DNA of 63,980 nucleotides, filler included, from Trypethelium eluteriae (Eukaryota): NCBI GenBank assembly GCA_051942245.1. It is 3 parts of 3 records of this genome, joined end to end, with 100 filler letters (N's around TTAATTAATTAA, not from the genome) between each part and the next. Parts side by side here need not be neighbours in the genome. Positions count along the whole stretch, not along the records: positions 46,616 to 63,980 come from JAVECL010000593.1; 2 more parts are not named here. One strand, 5' to 3'. Shown piece by piece: positions 61,473 to 63,980 of this stretch (position 1 is its first letter; each line of letters starts with the position of its first letter). The notes under the pieces were generated by a model. It saw only the letters and a program-made list of their open reading frames with translations, ran no database searches and was not told where the DNA came from. The position numbers and the translations under genes were made by a program.

Positions 61473-63377
61473 ATGGCAGCAGTCGTCGCCCCACGTTCGA
61501 GCCAGCCGCAGGCCTTCATTTCTAGTTATGCTCCACGTCTACGCGCCTACGGAAATTCCTTGCTCGCTCCAGTTTTACCCCAGACCACCCAGATTCCTAC
61601 TGGACGAACGACCAAGCGAGGCACCACTGCCATCAACTATGCAGAAGACTTCGAAGATGATGATCAAGACGACAGTGAAGGACCGCGTCGCTTCACAGGC
61701 TTGCGCAGTCGGCAGAAGGAGGATCCCAGCATAGAAAAAGTTGGCGCAGCTGCACAACCGGGAAAAGAGTTGAAAGAACCCATTGAGGTGCAAGGCATAT
61801 GGAGAGACTGGATGGGTAAACCCAAACGTGGCTTGTCAGTAATCGTGCGTGCTTCATGTTGTCGCAGATTGACTAAGATGGGCATCTAGGACTGAAAAGC
61901 AGCTGCAAGTACAGTCTGCCCTTCCGCTGACCCTCATCCCAATCCGCATAGACCTCGATATCGCTTCCTTTAGACCTGAAGCTCCATTACCGACCCCCCA
62001 GAATGCTCGCGATTTCGGCATAGATGAAAATCTGCCAGCTTACAAGCAACCAGAACCAACTCCAGCATACCGATTAAAAGACACATTTCTATGGAATCTC
62101 CATGAAGCTCTCATTACTCCCGATCAGTTTGCAAAAGTCTTTGTTGATGAACTGGACTTTCCGCTGGAAAGGAAACCGGCAATGGTCTCACAAATCGCCA
62201 CTCAAATAAGGACCCAGCTAGAAGAATATGCTGGAGTAGCTCTCCACCCTCTCTTCCACTCGACAAACCCTTCCAACGGCGTTGTGGCAAATTCAGTCCA
62301 GCCAGTCCATTCTACCTTATCACGCGATCAATCGTCCACGCCCGCGCCTGCAAATGGGTTTCTCCTTAACGCCCCAACCAGCACATTCGCAACACCTCGA
62401 GCCACAAGCCCCGCCGGCCCCAACGGCATCACCGCCTCCGCCAAACCCATCCCCTCCGAAGACCTCCTCAACCCCGATGACACCTACCGCTGCATCATCA
62501 ACCTCAGCATCAACCTCATGAACCGACTCTACACCGACAAATTCGAATGGTCACTACTGCACCCCCCCGGCTTCGCCGAGATCTTCGCCAAACAGACGTG
62601 CGCCGACATCGGACTATCGGGCGAATGGGTCCCCGCCATGACGCACGCCATCTACGAAGCCGTGCTGCGCCTGAAGAAGGAAGCGTGCGAGAACGGCGGG
62701 CTCGTCAGCGGGTACGGCGAGATCGAGAACGAGGCGGCCGAGGGCGCTGAGGCGGGCTGGCGCTACGACCCGGAGCACCTGGCGGATGAGTGGGAGCCGA
62801 AGGTGGAGGTGCTGTCGAAGGAGGAGATTGAGAAGCGTGAGGGCGATCGCGAACGTCAGATACGCAGGCTGAGGCGGGAGACTGCGCGGTTTTCGAGTAC
62901 GGCGAATATGTCGGGTGGGGTGCCGCAGGGCCAGGGCGATTATTTTGGAAATCAGGAGGCGCAGGATCAGCCGATGGGGAGGGGAGAGCGGAGTAAGAAG
63001 AAGAGGAGGTTTCGGAGTCTGAGTCCGGTTGGGAGGGAAACGCCGGATGCGACGGCGGGTTATGGTGGTGGGGGCGGTCTTTCCGACTTGTGAGTGTCTC
63101 GATCGCCTACAGGAACCTCGCGTGCTAATTTGTTTCAGTGAGCGGCCTACATGGCGTTGTTCTCATTGCATGGTATGGGGTTCTGCTGTTTGGGCAGTTC
63201 GAGATGGACCACACGGACCCAGAGTAAGTCTTTTCTGCTAAGTCCCGTCGGGTTACCAGGTCCTAACTCTTGCAGACACTCTGCAATAACTGCGGTCTAT
63301 TATACGAGCGCGATAAGAAACTACCACCATGGTCGAAAGACCTGTTCGCTGGTGAACGGCCATTCGGAGTTCGATAG
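61473..63377 (+). CDS. SFH1: RSC chromatin-remodelling subunit Sfh1 (SNF5 domain plus C-terminal GATA-type Zn finger)
   Basis: SSYAPRLR, RTTKRGTTAINYAE, LIPIRIDLD, KDTFLWNLHE, DKFEWSL, EIEKREGDRERQIRRLRRET, CSHC..LCNNCG; three introns. Confidence 0.93.
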
Positions 63378-63821
63378 ACGAAAGCTTAAATTGCTACATG
63401 AAACATGAAGGAGGGTGGGCTGGTCATTATTTTTGGATTCCAATGAAAATCGCAAGCATGGTGTTTAAGGCATTTGCGGGCAAAGCAAATGATAGGTGCT
63501 TGTCTGAATGTATTATTACCACGTATGTGGGGCCAATCGTACAACTAATCCATGTCGCTAATACTTATACGTTGAAACAGCGCACTGACTTAGATAGAAC
63601 CGCTGGAAGGAGCCGGGATAGAAATCCATTCACCTTCTCTTTTGGAAAGGCACATTAACTCCTTGGACAACAAAAGCCAAAGCTATAGTAGAAAATGCAC
63701 GAGTCCCTTCTCGACATATTCTCGGGAAAAAAAAAAAATACAAAAAACTTCCAAACGTTGCAAATAGTCCAAAGGCTGTTTATACAAATCACCAAGACAT
63801 CCTACACCAGCATCGTCCCCC

Positions 63822-63980
63822 TTAGTCCGTCGTCTTCGCCCGTGTTGGTTCAGGCCCCTCAAGCACCTACTCACTCACGTCAGTCTCAGTACTTGCAAAT
63901 TCTCACGCAGAACACGAAGCAGCAGCAGCACTCACCTCACTCGCCGCCCTCTTCTTCCCACCCACACTCCCATCCTGCGT
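63822..63980 (-). CDS. 3' end of an unidentified gene
   Basis: ..GWSVGGKKRAASE / intron 63935-63867 / VLEGPEPTRAKTTD*; canonical splice signals in phase 0. Confidence 0.5.

Overview
Filamentous ascomycete (Pezizomycotina) genomic DNA, judged from spliceosomal introns, fungal gene families and RIP-type C>T/G>A erosion. It consists of three contigs joined by artificial 100-bp N/TTAATTAATTAA spacers (23254-23353, 46516-46615), so adjacency across the spacers is unproven. Contig 1 (1-23253) begins with a partly RIP-damaged accessory gene island: an unknown gene, a Zn-ribbon/tandem chromo-like gene, a perfectly phased 27 x 17-bp array, a RING gene, a His-brace DUF7492-like pseudogene and a MADS-box-like pseudogene. 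This is followed by a 17-kb nest of RIP-degraded, self-priming Ty3/Gypsy chromoviruses. Reversing the RIP changes by hand shows that these retrotransposons carry a third, antisense ORF with exact Zn(II)2Cys6 spacing plus a coiled coil. Two divergent versions of this ORF are each coupled to their own U3 promoter while sharing gag-pol and R/U5; this is the most novel signal in the window. Contig 2 (23354-46515) holds mostly ordinary genes: amidase, MFS transporter, DUF1989, PTH11-like protein, CYC2-like reductase, GPI protein, a small secreted aegerolysin-like protein divergent from an acid sphingomyelinase, an FAD monooxygenase and HUS1. Contig 3 (46616-63980) has an NLR-derived ankyrin gene, a DUF3176 gene with a nonsense codon, a second ankyrin gene, a secreted protein with a CNF1-type LSGC-x14-H deamidase motif and a modular secreted protein, then an AA11 LPMO and SFH1. 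All family calls come from motif recognition by eye; no database search was run.
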